DNA of 64,000 bases, taken from contig NC_086103.1 in the NCBI RefSeq assembly GCF_963921235.1, positions 162,192,001 to 162,256,000 of the forward strand. The letters run 5' to 3'. Under the pieces are notes generated by a model. The model was given only the letters and a program-made list of their open reading frames with translations. It made no database searches and had not been told where the DNA came from. Shown here one piece after another: positions 63,503 through 64,000 of the stretch. The DNA comes from Mobula hypostoma (lineage: Eukaryota). Each line of letters opens with the position of its first letter. Positions within the stretch are counted from its first letter, which is position 1. The translations under genes and the position numbers were made by a program.

Positions 63503-64000
63503 TTTCACATTCTTGGTTTATAAATATGAACTATATTTCTAAAATGTATGTATAAGGCATTGAACAAATAAAAATTAAAATTAAAATTAATGTTAAAATC
63601 AACTTGGATTTGGAACTGGTTTAAAGCAATTTATTTTGAATATATTCAAGAGCGATCTCCCAGCAGGTCGGCAGAGAGCATTGTTACCCTTCTGAATTGA
63701 ATAATAATTTATCCTGAACTCTGAAGGAGGGTAAAATGGTGAATGTATAAGAAACTGGGATCTGATAGTAAACAAGATTATTCTGCATTCTGGTTGCCCA
63801 TAATATTGTATCCTATTGTGGCTACAATTTAAAAGATTATGATTGAATGTATGAGAGCTACAGGAAGAAAACAAAGATTCTTGTTTATCATTGTATCGTT
63901 GGCTGCAATGTTAGGCCACAGTAATGTTCTCTTTACTAAGGGTATCAAGATTGCTTTTATATAATAGAAGATGGACTAGAAAGAGATCCTGAGCTTTGTG

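Overview
AT-rich, repeat-dense vertebrate genomic DNA. The repeat set (HE1-like V-SINEs, Deu-SINE, CR1, Rex1/Babar-type LINEs, Penelope) suggests a cartilaginous fish, probably a ray; this is an inference. Three protein-coding genes lie on the minus strand. ALG8 is complete: 13 coding exons assembled by hand, 523 aa, 998-26162, with a U12-type intron 4. KCTD21 has a single coding exon (31256-31990). LIPT1 is an intronless CDS (48077-49204). Highlights: (1) the only promoter-like CpG-rich region upstream of KCTD21 ends in a strong GTGAGT donor 76 nt before the LIPT1 ATG, suggesting LIPT1 is nested in KCTD21 intron 1 and shares its first exon; (2) a decayed Tc1 element very close to Sleeping Beauty, a horizontal-transfer candidate; (3) minimal hammerhead ribozyme motifs at Penelope ends and in short fold-back derivatives; (4) several nested or palindromic non-autonomous DNA transposons. 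All homology calls are from memory of the families; no database search was run.
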